From positions 32,379 to 96,378 of the forward strand of contig JAYQSH010000007.1 of assembly GCA_038146805.1 (NCBI GenBank): a stretch of DNA of 64,000 bases, read 5' to 3'. Positions 20,616-29,298 of the stretch are shown here, piece by piece. A model generated the notes under the pieces. That model searched no databases. It saw nothing but the letters and a program-made list of their open reading frames with translations, and was not told the DNA's origin. Every line of letters starts with the position of its first letter. The first letter of the stretch is position 1. The position numbers and the translations under genes were made by a program. Source of the stretch: a bacterium (lineage in GTDB: Bacteria > Cyanobacteriota > Vampirovibrionia > LMEP-6097).

Positions 20616-20766
20616 TTTCTTTATCCTTTTAGTCTTTACGATTTTATCAGGAAAAAGTATTTCGTTTTACTGGCCTCATATTACAGGGACATTACAGTTT
20701 GATTCGCTTGGTTAGAAGATTTAATTCCAGGAGTATTTATAACTGTTTGTGAAGAGACTCTGTTGA

Positions 20767-21792
20767 TCATCGCATGTCCCTCCTAATATCGTTATGTCCA
20801 ATATTGTCTAATTCAATCAGTTCTGAATCGATAGAGCTATTCATGGCTTGTTTATACAGCTCTTGAGAATGCTTGTGCGGTATAACCCGATCATTTTTTC
20901 CATGTAGAATTTTCAGTTTATTTATTTTGCCTTTTAACTTTGGTATAGCATCATAGTTATCCCAAGTAGTCCTTAAAAACCAAGAAATGAATCTAGGCAT
21001 GTATTTGGACTCAGCTTCCGCTCTCATGCTTTTAAAAGGTGACATTAGTAACAAGTCGCCATACCTTTCATCAGGATTCTTAGCAGCTCTTTTTACAAGA
21101 GTATTTAGCAATACTGCACAACCCAAAGAGTGAGCTTCAAAATCCACGGACTCAGTGTTTACGGCTTGCTTGCTCTTCAAAAAGTCTATTACTGAGTTTG
21201 CATCATCAATCAGACCTTCTTCTGATGGATATCCATGGTTTCCAGAATATGCCCTATAACTAAACAAACAAATATTGTTGCCATTTTTAAAATCTTCAAT
21301 AGCTTCTCTTTTAAAATTAGTAATATTAGAACCATTGCCATGTAGATAAATTTTTGTTCTGGCTTCTGGATTCGAATGCCTTGCAAACCATAACTCGATA
21401 GAATGATTATCACTTGTTCTGATTAAGTGTTTTTCCAAAGGTATACCAGCTTGGAATATGCTTCTAAAATCTCGATCAAAATCTGAACGGTGAGCTTTTT
21501 GGAATGGGTATAGGATCTTGTTAAAAATTTTATTGAACAAAGTTACAGGTCTAAAAATATCCGTAAATCTAATGCACCAATTTTTCTTGTCTATGGCATG
21601 TCTTTTTTCTGCTTCCTCTTGTGATATATCTACAGTTGATTTAAGAGGTACGGAGCTTAGATTAAAAGCTCTTAACAAATATGGTGGAGTACGAGCAAAA
21701 CCATCATCAGAATCCTGGCCATGGTTATTGTTAACCTGTCCTGTATTTTGATGATATTCACGCGTTTTATTCAGTGATGCCGTAGTCACCAT
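20767..21792 (-). CDS. alpha/beta hydrolase (BEM46/ABHD13-like), IS-flanked cargo
   Basis: YLHGNGSN oxyanion region, nucleophile elbow AHSLGCA, HGKNDRVIP and GHND acid/His region. About 130-aa N-terminal extension of unknown type. Confidence 0.7.
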   Translation of the reverse strand: MVTTASLNKTREYHQNTGQVNNNHGQDSDDGFARTPPYLLRAFNLSSVPLKSTVDISQEEAEKRHAIDKKNWCIRFTDIFRPVTLFNKIFNKILYPFQKAHRSDFDRDFRSIFQAGIPLEKHLIRTSDNHSIELWFARHSNPEARTKIYLHGNGSNITNFKREAIEDFKNGNNICLFSYRAYSGNHGYPSEEGLIDDANSVIDFLKSKQAVNTESVDFEAHSLGCAVLLNTLVKRAAKNPDERYGDLLLMSPFKSMRAEAESKYMPRFISWFLRTTWDNYDAIPKLKGKINKLKILHGKNDRVIPHKHSQELYKQAMNSSIDSELIELDNIGHNDIRRDMR

Positions 21793-21794
21793 AT

Positions 21795-21816
21795 ATACAT
21801 ATTAGCTAATATGTAT
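21795..21816. promoter_or_regulatory. 22-bp perfect palindrome next to the hydrolase start codon (candidate operator)
   Basis: ATACATATTAGCTAATATGTAT is its own reverse complement. It starts 3 nt upstream of the ATG at 21790-21792 (minus strand). Confidence 0.4.
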
Positions 21817-21954
21817 TAATAATTTCAAGCTTTGGTACTGAATTCCCTAAGAATCAAGTAAAATCAAAGTTTTCACCTAATTTCTGGCAATTACAGTATG
21901 TTCAATCTGTATTGCGATTCTTTCTAAACCGAAATGCAACAAATCTATCAGGAG

Positions 21955-22944
21955 TTACGCGATTGCCTGACTTAGGTGTAACTGCACAGCTTCTCTAACT
22001 ATTTCCCATTTTTGTTGATACCAACTTGTACCCTCTTTGAATCTAAAGTATTCCAGCTTGATCAGAGCTAAAAAAGCACAAAATATATGATTCTTTTGCG
22101 CTTGAGCTTTTCGCATATATGACTTTTCAAGTCCACAGACTTGTTTAAGTCCTCGGTGCATGGTCTCAATAAACCAGCGAGTTTTAGCATGACCAATAAA
22201 ATTATCCCAGTCATCTAAGTCCAAATCGTTAGTTATTAAGTACCTTATCTTCCCGTCTTTGAGAGTCCTCTTGCACACTAATATTGGACCAAAGTCTTTT
22301 AGCCAAACTTTCTTAACTTGTCTTTCTGCTAACTCTAGTTCGTCAACTCTAATCCAAACTCCTTTCACCTCACTAATCTTGCGATTTGATTTTATGTCAG
22401 CAACAAAGTTCCAGCCTTTTGCTTGTATTGCTTTTAAATTTTCCTTTGACACATACCAGCTATCCATCAGTACATAACTTGGCTTGAAACCTCGTTGCTC
22501 AGCGATATCTAACATATCTCTAAAATGATCATTCTTGGTTTTATCATCACCTTCTTTGTTGTAGATTCGGTAGTCTACTGGTAAAGCTATGCCATCTAGG
22601 TCAACCCACTGAGCATTTACGATACCGATACCTTGCTTTACGGCATGATGTTTGCCACTCCATTGCCACTTGGTTAGTTCAATTTTTTTAGCATATGGTT
22701 TTTCAAGCAAAGTATCATCAAATGCTAAGTAACCTTCATTGATATTAATTTTTTCTTCTACCTGAGACCAAAGGTCTTCTGGAGAAAATTCAGAATTATT
22801 CAGCCATCTATTTACTGAATCATGAGCCATTGTTTCATCTGGACTAACTTTTTCCAACTCACTACAAGAATACTGCTTTTGTGAAGCTAGATAGATTCTA
22901 GGAGCAAATGCAACTTTGCTTGATTTCTTCCTCAAAGACCTCAA
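21955..22944 (-). CDS. IS4/IS701-like DDE transposase, probably N-terminally truncated
   Basis: HDSVNRWL N-region, DDE candidates FDDT and MDSWY, and R-x3-E-x6-K block TRWFIETMHRGLK. 329 aa is short for the family, and its 5' end is overlapped by the IS30 ORF. Confidence 0.6.
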   Translation of the reverse strand: MRSLRKKSSKVAFAPRIYLASQKQYSCSELEKVSPDETMAHDSVNRWLNNSEFSPEDLWSQVEEKININEGYLAFDDTLLEKPYAKKIELTKWQWSGKHHAVKQGIGIVNAQWVDLDGIALPVDYRIYNKEGDDKTKNDHFRDMLDIAEQRGFKPSYVLMDSWYVSKENLKAIQAKGWNFVADIKSNRKISEVKGVWIRVDELELAERQVKKVWLKDFGPILVCKRTLKDGKIRYLITNDLDLDDWDNFIGHAKTRWFIETMHRGLKQVCGLEKSYMRKAQAQKNHIFCAFLALIKLEYFRFKEGTSWYQQKWEIVREAVQLHLSQAIA

Positions 22945-23875
22945 AAGGTGTTTTGTAGCCTAGTCTTTTTCTTGGTCTACCATTGATTAAATCAACGTAC
23001 TTTTGAAGTTCTTCATTTGTAATTTTACTCAAATCTGCTCCTTTAGGAATAAATTCTCGTAAAAGTCCAATAGTATTTTCGCACGTTCCTCTTTGCCATG
23101 GGCTGTAAGGTTTGGCAAAATATACTTTCATATCAAGACTACTTTCTATTTCTTGATGCTTTGCAAATTCAGTGCCATTGTCATAAGTTATTGAAAGACA
23201 AAGTTCGTCAGGTATTTCTTCAAAAAGCTCCTCTGTTGTTTCAAGAATTGATTTGGCCTTTTTATTTTCCATTTTGGCTGCAAGAAGCAGTCCAGACCTG
23301 CGTTCTACGTTAATTAAAATCTTAGGTGATTGTTTTGGGTCTCCAAGCATAGTATCTCCTTCCCAATGTCCGGGAACGCTCCTCTCATTGATTTCTTGAG
23401 GTCTTTCATCAATCGATCTCTTATTAATAATAAATTCTGGGCTGGATCTTTTCCTTCGATATTTTTTACCTTTTCTCCTAAGCCTGAGTTTGACTAGGTC
23501 ACAGCGTTTCTTGTAGAGCCATTGATATATAGTCTCATGACAAATTACTTCACCAGTTTCTTGTCTCCATCTACCCGCAATTTGATTGGGAGACCAGTGA
23601 AGTTCAATACAATCAATGATAAACTTCTCTAAAACACTGTCACTGACTATCCTTAGATGAATATTAGCTTCTCTTTTTCTTTCATAAGCAAGCTGCCAAG
23701 CTTTTTCAGCAGTGAAGCTTCCATCAACTGAATTGTTACTAATACACCTACTTACAACTGATTTATTTCTACCAATAGTAATTCCAATTTCACTAATAGT
23801 TAATCCTTGATCTAGCAATGTCTCAATTTTAACCATCTCTTCCCAAGTCAAATGACCCTTACTTTTGCCTGACAT
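22898..23875 (-). CDS. IS30-family transposase
   Basis: N-terminal HTH, GHWEGDTM, DNGTEFA, PYSPWQRGTCENTIGLLR and NGRPRKRLGYKTPFEVF motifs. 325 aa. Confidence 0.9.
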   Translation of the reverse strand: MSGKSKGHLTWEEMVKIETLLDQGLTISEIGITIGRNKSVVSRCISNNSVDGSFTAEKAWQLAYERKREANIHLRIVSDSVLEKFIIDCIELHWSPNQIAGRWRQETGEVICHETIYQWLYKKRCDLVKLRLRRKGKKYRRKRSSPEFIINKRSIDERPQEINERSVPGHWEGDTMLGDPKQSPKILINVERRSGLLLAAKMENKKAKSILETTEELFEEIPDELCLSITYDNGTEFAKHQEIESSLDMKVYFAKPYSPWQRGTCENTIGLLREFIPKGADLSKITNEELQKYVDLINGRPRKRLGYKTPFEVFEEEIKQSCICS

Positions 23876-24009
23876 CTTTTTCTCCTGTATTTACTTACAA
23901 GGAAGAAAACATAGATTTGTTGCATTTCGGTTTAGAAAGAATCAAGAATCGAAGCTCAACTTAATCTTGATAATATAGATTCTGCTTTAGATTTTGCAAA
24001 TGATTGCAA

Positions 24010-24241
24010 GGGCGTGCTTCCAAACCCGTAATAAGTATCTCGAGTCTTTAGATCTGGGCATAAGTAGGGTTTGGTTAGACACGCCTAACAAAAGAATCAA
24101 ACACCGTCGCTTAGTGAGTTTCACGCAGTGAAACAAGCTAAGCCTAAGGTCGTTTGTGAGACTGATTTCTGACCCCATTTGCTAGTGATTTTAACATTTC
24201 ACTTTATTTTAAAATTCAAAATGGGGTTTGGAATCAGTCCC
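24010..24241 (-). mobile_element. 232-bp MITE-like element, copy 1 (inverted relative to copy 2)
   Basis: 5 substitutions relative to the reverse complement of 41013..41244. Imperfect terminal inverted repeat GGGACTGATTCCAAACCC / GGGCGTGCTTCCAAACCC (15 of 18). Flanked by direct TGCAA at 24005-24009 and 24242-24246. Confidence 0.75.
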
Positions 24242-24289
24242 TGCAAAAATCCTAGTTTCTTAAGCTAAGCTGTATGTGTTAATATATAA

Positions 24290-26212
24290 TTGTTGCAAAG
24301 AAATTTTGACATTATTGTTGTTGGTGGTGGACATGCTGGAGCTGAAGCGGCTCATGCAAGTGCTTGTCTTGGTTTAAAAACTTTACTTATTACAAATAAT
24401 ATCGATCAAATAGCTTCTATGCCTTGTAATCCAGCAATTGGTGGTCCGGCAAAGTCTCATTTGGTGAAAGAAATCGATGCTATGGGAGGCTTAATGGCTC
24501 TTGCTGCTGATGCGACGTATTTGCAGATGAAGACTTTAAATTCCTCAAAAGGACCAGCTGTGCAGGCTTTAAGAGCCCAAAGCGACAAATTAGAATATGC
24601 AAAATGGGTGCGTCAATATTTGGAAAATTTAGCTAATTTAACTATCTACCAATCTTCGGTGCAAGCTTTAATATTTGATGACAATAAAGTTATTGGTGTT
24701 GAAACTCAATTACAAGAAAAAATCTTTTCTAAAACTATTGTGCTTACTGCTGGTACGTTTTTAGAAGCAAGAATTTTTTCAGGAAAACGTTTTTCGGTTG
24801 CAGGTCGCGCTGGCGAACAAGCAAGTTTAGGTTTAAGTCCAAGCTTAAAAGATTTTGGTTTAAAAACCGGTCGTCTTAAAACGGGGACTCCACCTCGTTT
24901 GCACAAAAAAACTATTGATTTTTCTAAGCTTGAGCTTGCGCCCGGCGATGATAAATTATCATGGTTTTCTTTTTTACCACATAGACCTATTCGTGCACAA
25001 TATCCTTGCCATATTACAAGAACAAATGCACAAACACATGAAATTATCATGCAAAACTTAAATGAGTCACCAATGTACTGTGGCATGATTGATGCTAATG
25101 GTCCTAGGTACTGTCCTTCTATTGAAGATAAAGTTGTTCGTTTTGCTCATAACCCTTCTCATCATTTTTTCTTAGAACCAGAGGGTCTTTCTTCTAATGA
25201 AATTTACTTACAAGGCTGTTCTACGAGTTTACCTATTGAAGTGCAATGGCAATTAGTGAATTCACTACCGGGTTTAAAAGATGCTGTTATTACTCGACCT
25301 GCTTATGCTGTTGAGTATGATTATTTTCCTGCTGTTCAGTGTAAGCATAATTTAGAGAGTAAAAAAATAGAAAATTTATTTATTGCAGGTCAAGTGCTTG
25401 GTACAAGTGGCTATGAAGAAGCTGCAGCCCAGGGTTTGATTGCTGGTATAAATGCTTCTATACGTTCAGCAAAGTTGTTGATTTCTAGATCAGAACATAA
25501 ATTTAATTCTAGATTCGAAGCATATATTAATAACAATGATTCTTTTGTTTTAGCTCGCGATACAAGCTATATAGCAACTCTTATTGATGATTTAGTAACA
25601 AAAGAAATTAATGATCCTTATCGTATGCTTACCTCTCGATCTGAATATCGCTTGTTGCTCAGACAAGACAATGCTGACGAAAGATTGACTCCTATTGCAA
25701 GAGGGCTAGGTTTGGTTAATGATTTTAGGTTTAAAGTCTTTCAAGAAAAATACGAACAGATCAAAAATGAAATTAGTTTTTGTAATGCATATAGAGTGCA
25801 AGAAAAATTACTTGCTGATTTAATCAAAACTCCTGATGTTTCACTAAATGACTATGATCTAGATGGATTTATAAACAAATCGAGTAAATTACTAGAGAAA
25901 AAAAAGATTAGTTTGAAAAACTTTCAATTTAATTTTGAAACTGAAACTAGAATAAAATACGAAGGCTATATTAATAGGCAAAAACAACAAATTAATGAAT
26001 TTAATAAAATTGAAAAAATGAAAATTCCTGAAAATTTTGATTTTAAAAATTGTAACTTTATAAGTCTTGAGGCTCGAGAAAAATTAGCAAAAGTACAGCC
26101 TCTTAATATGGGGCAAGCTTCTAGAGTTGGTGGAGTGACTCCTAATGATATTTCGGTTTTGATTATGCTTATTGCCAAACAAAAACAAGAGCTTGAATTA
26201 CCAGTGCACTAA
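24290..26212 (+). CDS. mnmG: tRNA uridine 5-carboxymethylaminomethyl modification enzyme
   Basis: 640 aa, FAD loop VVGGGHAGAEAA, GidA-family blocks throughout. TTG start. Confidence 0.95.
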   Translation: MLQRNFDIIVVGGGHAGAEAAHASACLGLKTLLITNNIDQIASMPCNPAIGGPAKSHLVKEIDAMGGLMALAADATYLQMKTLNSSKGPAVQALRAQSDKLEYAKWVRQYLENLANLTIYQSSVQALIFDDNKVIGVETQLQEKIFSKTIVLTAGTFLEARIFSGKRFSVAGRAGEQASLGLSPSLKDFGLKTGRLKTGTPPRLHKKTIDFSKLELAPGDDKLSWFSFLPHRPIRAQYPCHITRTNAQTHEIIMQNLNESPMYCGMIDANGPRYCPSIEDKVVRFAHNPSHHFFLEPEGLSSNEIYLQGCSTSLPIEVQWQLVNSLPGLKDAVITRPAYAVEYDYFPAVQCKHNLESKKIENLFIAGQVLGTSGYEEAAAQGLIAGINASIRSAKLLISRSEHKFNSRFEAYINNNDSFVLARDTSYIATLIDDLVTKEINDPYRMLTSRSEYRLLLRQDNADERLTPIARGLGLVNDFRFKVFQEKYEQIKNEISFCNAYRVQEKLLADLIKTPDVSLNDYDLDGFINKSSKLLEKKKISLKNFQFNFETETRIKYEGYINRQKQQINEFNKIEKMKIPENFDFKNCNFISLEAREKLAKVQPLNMGQASRVGGVTPNDISVLIMLIAKQKQELELPVH

Positions 26213-26908
26213 ATATTTATCTAAATTTTTTGCGTATATTGCATGTCCTTGCAGACTAATTCTTTGATCATTTTCTTCAATGTCAAAGAAAGGTGCAATT
26301 TGATGGTATTGATGCCCGTTATGTACGAACAAATCTCCTTCTTGAAATAGTTTTAGTTTACGTTCATGTTGATGTATAATTTCTTCTTTTTTTGTAAGGT
26401 TATATGCATCTAGATCTTCTTTAAATAAATCCCAGTAATATACACCGCCACCATTTTTTGGTAATTTTAAATACAAAGTGAAACTAAGAGATTTATTAGG
26501 GTCTATTTCGTTTTCTTGCCATTCAATAATTTTATATTGTAAGTCTATATGCCTAGAGGCAAGAGCTATTTCAAAAACTTCATCAGTCAAAAATATATGA
26601 AACCCGGGGAATGCCGCGTTATCATAAAGCACAAATTCTTTTTGAAATTCAGCTTTAAGTTTTGCAAAAATAATTTCATAAATTTCAGAAAAATTTTCTT
26701 TTAAAATAGGATTTGTTTTTAAAAATTGTTGTTTATAAAAATCTTTTCCTTGTTCACCAGAATCCATATAAGCAGCAGCTCCAAGACTATAAAAAGGAAT
26801 ATCTCCAAGAGAGTCCGCTCTTAATGTCCAAATATTTCTATGTGCAAATATTTTTACTAAGTTTTGTTCGATTAATTCTTTATCAATTAATTTTTCAAAA
26901 ACTTGCAT
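26198..26908 (-). CDS. hypothetical protein, possible 2OG-Fe(II) oxygenase fold
   Basis: Candidate H-x-D (SRHID), distal His (HQYHQI) and R-x-S (RISLQGH) at spacing typical of 2OG oxygenases. Motif-level only. Starts 2 nt after the helicase gene stop. Confidence 0.35.
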   Translation of the reverse strand: MQVFEKLIDKELIEQNLVKIFAHRNIWTLRADSLGDIPFYSLGAAAYMDSGEQGKDFYKQQFLKTNPILKENFSEIYEIIFAKLKAEFQKEFVLYDNAAFPGFHIFLTDEVFEIALASRHIDLQYKIIEWQENEIDPNKSLSFTLYLKLPKNGGGVYYWDLFKEDLDAYNLTKKEEIIHQHERKLKLFQEGDLFVHNGHQYHQIAPFFDIEENDQRISLQGHAIYAKNLDKYLVHW

Positions 26909-26910
26909 TT

Positions 26911-29205
26911 CTAAAAATTAACAGCTTCTATTACCAAATCTCTTTCAATAATTTTTGCTGCTTCTTTTGCAGTTGCTTTTATTTCTTTGCTTATGTTTGG
27001 AAGATTAGCTATTTGTTTAGTTAGATCAAGAGTTCTTCTGAGTGCTCTTAAAACATCGCCGTCATCTAAAAAGCAGTTTTTTATAAGGCTTTCCCAATCA
27101 CAATTTTCTTCTACCCATCTATAAACAAGGTTTGAAAGATTTGTGTTTAAAGGTATTTGCCTTTCTATGCCAAAATTTCTTTGTTTTTGTATTGTTCTTC
27201 TTGCAATATTTTTAAATTCTTTTTCAGTTTTAAAAACAATTTTTGCCTGATCAGCATATGACTTTTCTCTATTTTTGGCTTCACCTACTACAAAGCATGA
27301 TAATAAAGCAGAAAATTCACTTGGGCTTAAGTTATCAAAAATTCCTGAACTTAGGAGTTCTGTTATAAAAAATGAGTTTTCTGTTCTTAATGAAGCACAA
27401 ATTTCACCTTTTTTATTGGGTTTGTCGTTTTCTATATAGTTTTCTTCTTTTAAAAGCTTTAAGACCTTCTCGAAATTTTCCCATGTTAAATTTTTGACAT
27501 ATTCAATTTTTTCTTCTGCTTTTTTAATTTGTTTTCTATATCTTTTGATTTTGTCCATTTGTTTTGAACAAGGTTTTTGTTTTGCACAACCGTTACAAGG
27601 ATAGTTTTTAACTTCCATGGTTATCATGTCAAGAACTATCTCTAGTTCTTCAGCATTTGGATCCATAGCGGCTTCTAATTCTTTTTTTTCTTTTCTTGTG
27701 ATGTCAATTTTAGATTGTAGTTCTTTGTACTGTTTTAAATCACCAAGTTCTCCTGGACATAGAGGGTGCTGTAAATCAATTACTTGATCTTCCAAGCGGC
27801 TGATTTCATCTTGGTCTTGTTTTAGTGTCGTTTCTGCAATATATTGACCAAAACTTTTTTTGACAAGTTCTTTTAGTTCTTGAGTGGAGTGTCCCATAAG
27901 CAAGTTTAATACCATTTCATAACTAGCTTGAAAATGACTTGTGATATCCTCTGGTTTTGCTACAGCTAATAGAGCGACTTCTCCGGCTGTGTAATTGCCA
28001 TTTTTTACTGTGACCACATAACCATTTTTATCTAAACCACGACGCCCTGCTCTTCCTGACATTTGTAAAAATTCAGAGGCTTTTAGAGTTCTAAAGCCTT
28101 CGTCAGTTGCTTTTGAAAGATTATTTATTACAGTTGTTTTAGCTGGCATGTTTATTCCAGCAGCAAGTGTTTCTGTTGAAAAAACTACTTTTATTAAGCC
28201 TTTAGCAAATAATTCTTCAATAAGAGATTTGATCTGCGGCAATAAGCCAGCATGATGCGAAGCGATACCTTTTTTTAGAAGGTCTAATTTGTTAAAAGTT
28301 TTAAGTGCTGGGTTTGATTCTATTGCTAGATCAATTTCAGCGCTAAGTTTTTTGCTTTCTTCATTATTTAACAAATTTAATTCTTTGCATTCTTCTGCTG
28401 CATTATCACAACCCTTTCTACTAAATACAAAATATATAGCAGGAAGCATGCCTTTATTTGAGAGCTCTTCAACAACTTTTGCTGTAGAAGCTTTTTGTGC
28501 AAAATTATTTGAAAATCTTCCTTTCTTTTTACCAAAACGGTTGTCGTTTCTTTCTTTAAGTTGAGGATTGAGTTTGTTGTTTGTTGTCAGTAGTGGTGCT
28601 AACTGTTCTTCTTTAAAGTAATAATGTGAAAGTGGTACTGGTCTTTCAAAACTTTCTACTAGACTTATATTGCCATGAATGTTTTGAATCCAATTAACTA
28701 GTTCTTGGGGGTTTGAAATGGTTGCTGAAAGTGCAATCATTTGTACTGATTTAGGTGTGTAAATAACACTTTCTTCCCAAACTGTTCCACGGTTATCATC
28801 GTTAATGAAGTGAAATTCATCAAAAATAACATATTTTAAATCGTGCAAAAATGGATCAATTGAACCAAAGCTTGTGCCGTACAACATGTTTCTATAAATT
28901 TCTGTTGTCATCACTATAACTTTTGCATCTCTATTTTGATTAGCGTCACCAGTTAAAATACCAACATTTTCTTTACCGAATTCTTCACTAAATTCAAAAT
29001 ATTTTTGATTGATAAGAGCTTTTAGTGGAGCCGTATAAAAAACACGCTTATTTTGCGCTATTGCCAATTTAATAGCTTCTTTTGCTATGACAGTTTTTCC
29101 GGCACCAGTAGGCGCGCAGGTTAAAACACTATTTCCAGCTTTTATTTCATTAATCGAATCAAGTTGAAACTGATCTAATTGAAATTTTTCTTGACTTATT
29201 GCCAT
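26911..29205 (-). CDS. Ski2/HelY-like DExH-box helicase
   Basis: Walker A CAPTGAGKT, DEFH, SAT, HHAGL, QMSGRAGRRG. C-terminal DSHCT-like block (DDGDVLRALRRTLDLTKQI). Confidence 0.8.
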   Translation of the reverse strand: MAISQEKFQLDQFQLDSINEIKAGNSVLTCAPTGAGKTVIAKEAIKLAIAQNKRVFYTAPLKALINQKYFEFSEEFGKENVGILTGDANQNRDAKVIVMTTEIYRNMLYGTSFGSIDPFLHDLKYVIFDEFHFINDDNRGTVWEESVIYTPKSVQMIALSATISNPQELVNWIQNIHGNISLVESFERPVPLSHYYFKEEQLAPLLTTNNKLNPQLKERNDNRFGKKKGRFSNNFAQKASTAKVVEELSNKGMLPAIYFVFSRKGCDNAAEECKELNLLNNEESKKLSAEIDLAIESNPALKTFNKLDLLKKGIASHHAGLLPQIKSLIEELFAKGLIKVVFSTETLAAGINMPAKTTVINNLSKATDEGFRTLKASEFLQMSGRAGRRGLDKNGYVVTVKNGNYTAGEVALLAVAKPEDITSHFQASYEMVLNLLMGHSTQELKELVKKSFGQYIAETTLKQDQDEISRLEDQVIDLQHPLCPGELGDLKQYKELQSKIDITRKEKKELEAAMDPNAEELEIVLDMITMEVKNYPCNGCAKQKPCSKQMDKIKRYRKQIKKAEEKIEYVKNLTWENFEKVLKLLKEENYIENDKPNKKGEICASLRTENSFFITELLSSGIFDNLSPSEFSALLSCFVVGEAKNREKSYADQAKIVFKTEKEFKNIARRTIQKQRNFGIERQIPLNTNLSNLVYRWVEENCDWESLIKNCFLDDGDVLRALRRTLDLTKQIANLPNISKEIKATAKEAAKIIERDLVIEAVNF

Positions 29206-29298
29206 ATACTGTGTGTTCCTTTTCTAAAAACTTTAAAACTACTGTAAAACCAATACATTTATAGCATGTATATATAGTTTTATCTATTGCTTTAAAAC

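Larger units (their letters stand above)
19374..20696 (-). mobile_element. IS3-family insertion sequence (1323 bp)
   Basis: Imperfect terminal inverted repeats TGAAGTGTCCCTGTAA (19374-19389) and TTACAGGGACATTACA (20681-20696), 14 of 16 matching. Contains orfA/orfB with an A9 slippery run. No clean target duplication at the ends (TCT vs GTT). Confidence 0.85.
21916..23943 (-). mobile_element. chimeric IS unit bounded by perfect 33-bp inverted repeats: IS30 transposase plus IS4/IS701-like transposase remnant
   Basis: GATTCTTTCTAAACCGAAATGCAACAAATCTAT at 21916-21948 is the exact reverse complement of 23911-23943. The two transposase ORFs inside overlap by 47 nt. No target duplication seen (TGC vs AAG). 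Confidence 0.6.

Noticed and set aside
23987-24178. 63-aa ORF (MGSEISLTNDLRLSLFHCVKL...) from the ORF track
   Set aside because: It lies entirely inside MITE copy 1. The same sequence recurs at 41013-41244 and, truncated, at 46753-46882, so any frame is a by-product of the repeat. It has no RBS and a hairpin-dominated sequence.
23944-24289. Replication origin next to mnmG (gidA)
   Set aside because: No cluster of DnaA-box-like 9-mers (TTATCCACA or its complement) is visible, and no dnaA or dnaN is nearby. The spacer is occupied by the MITE.
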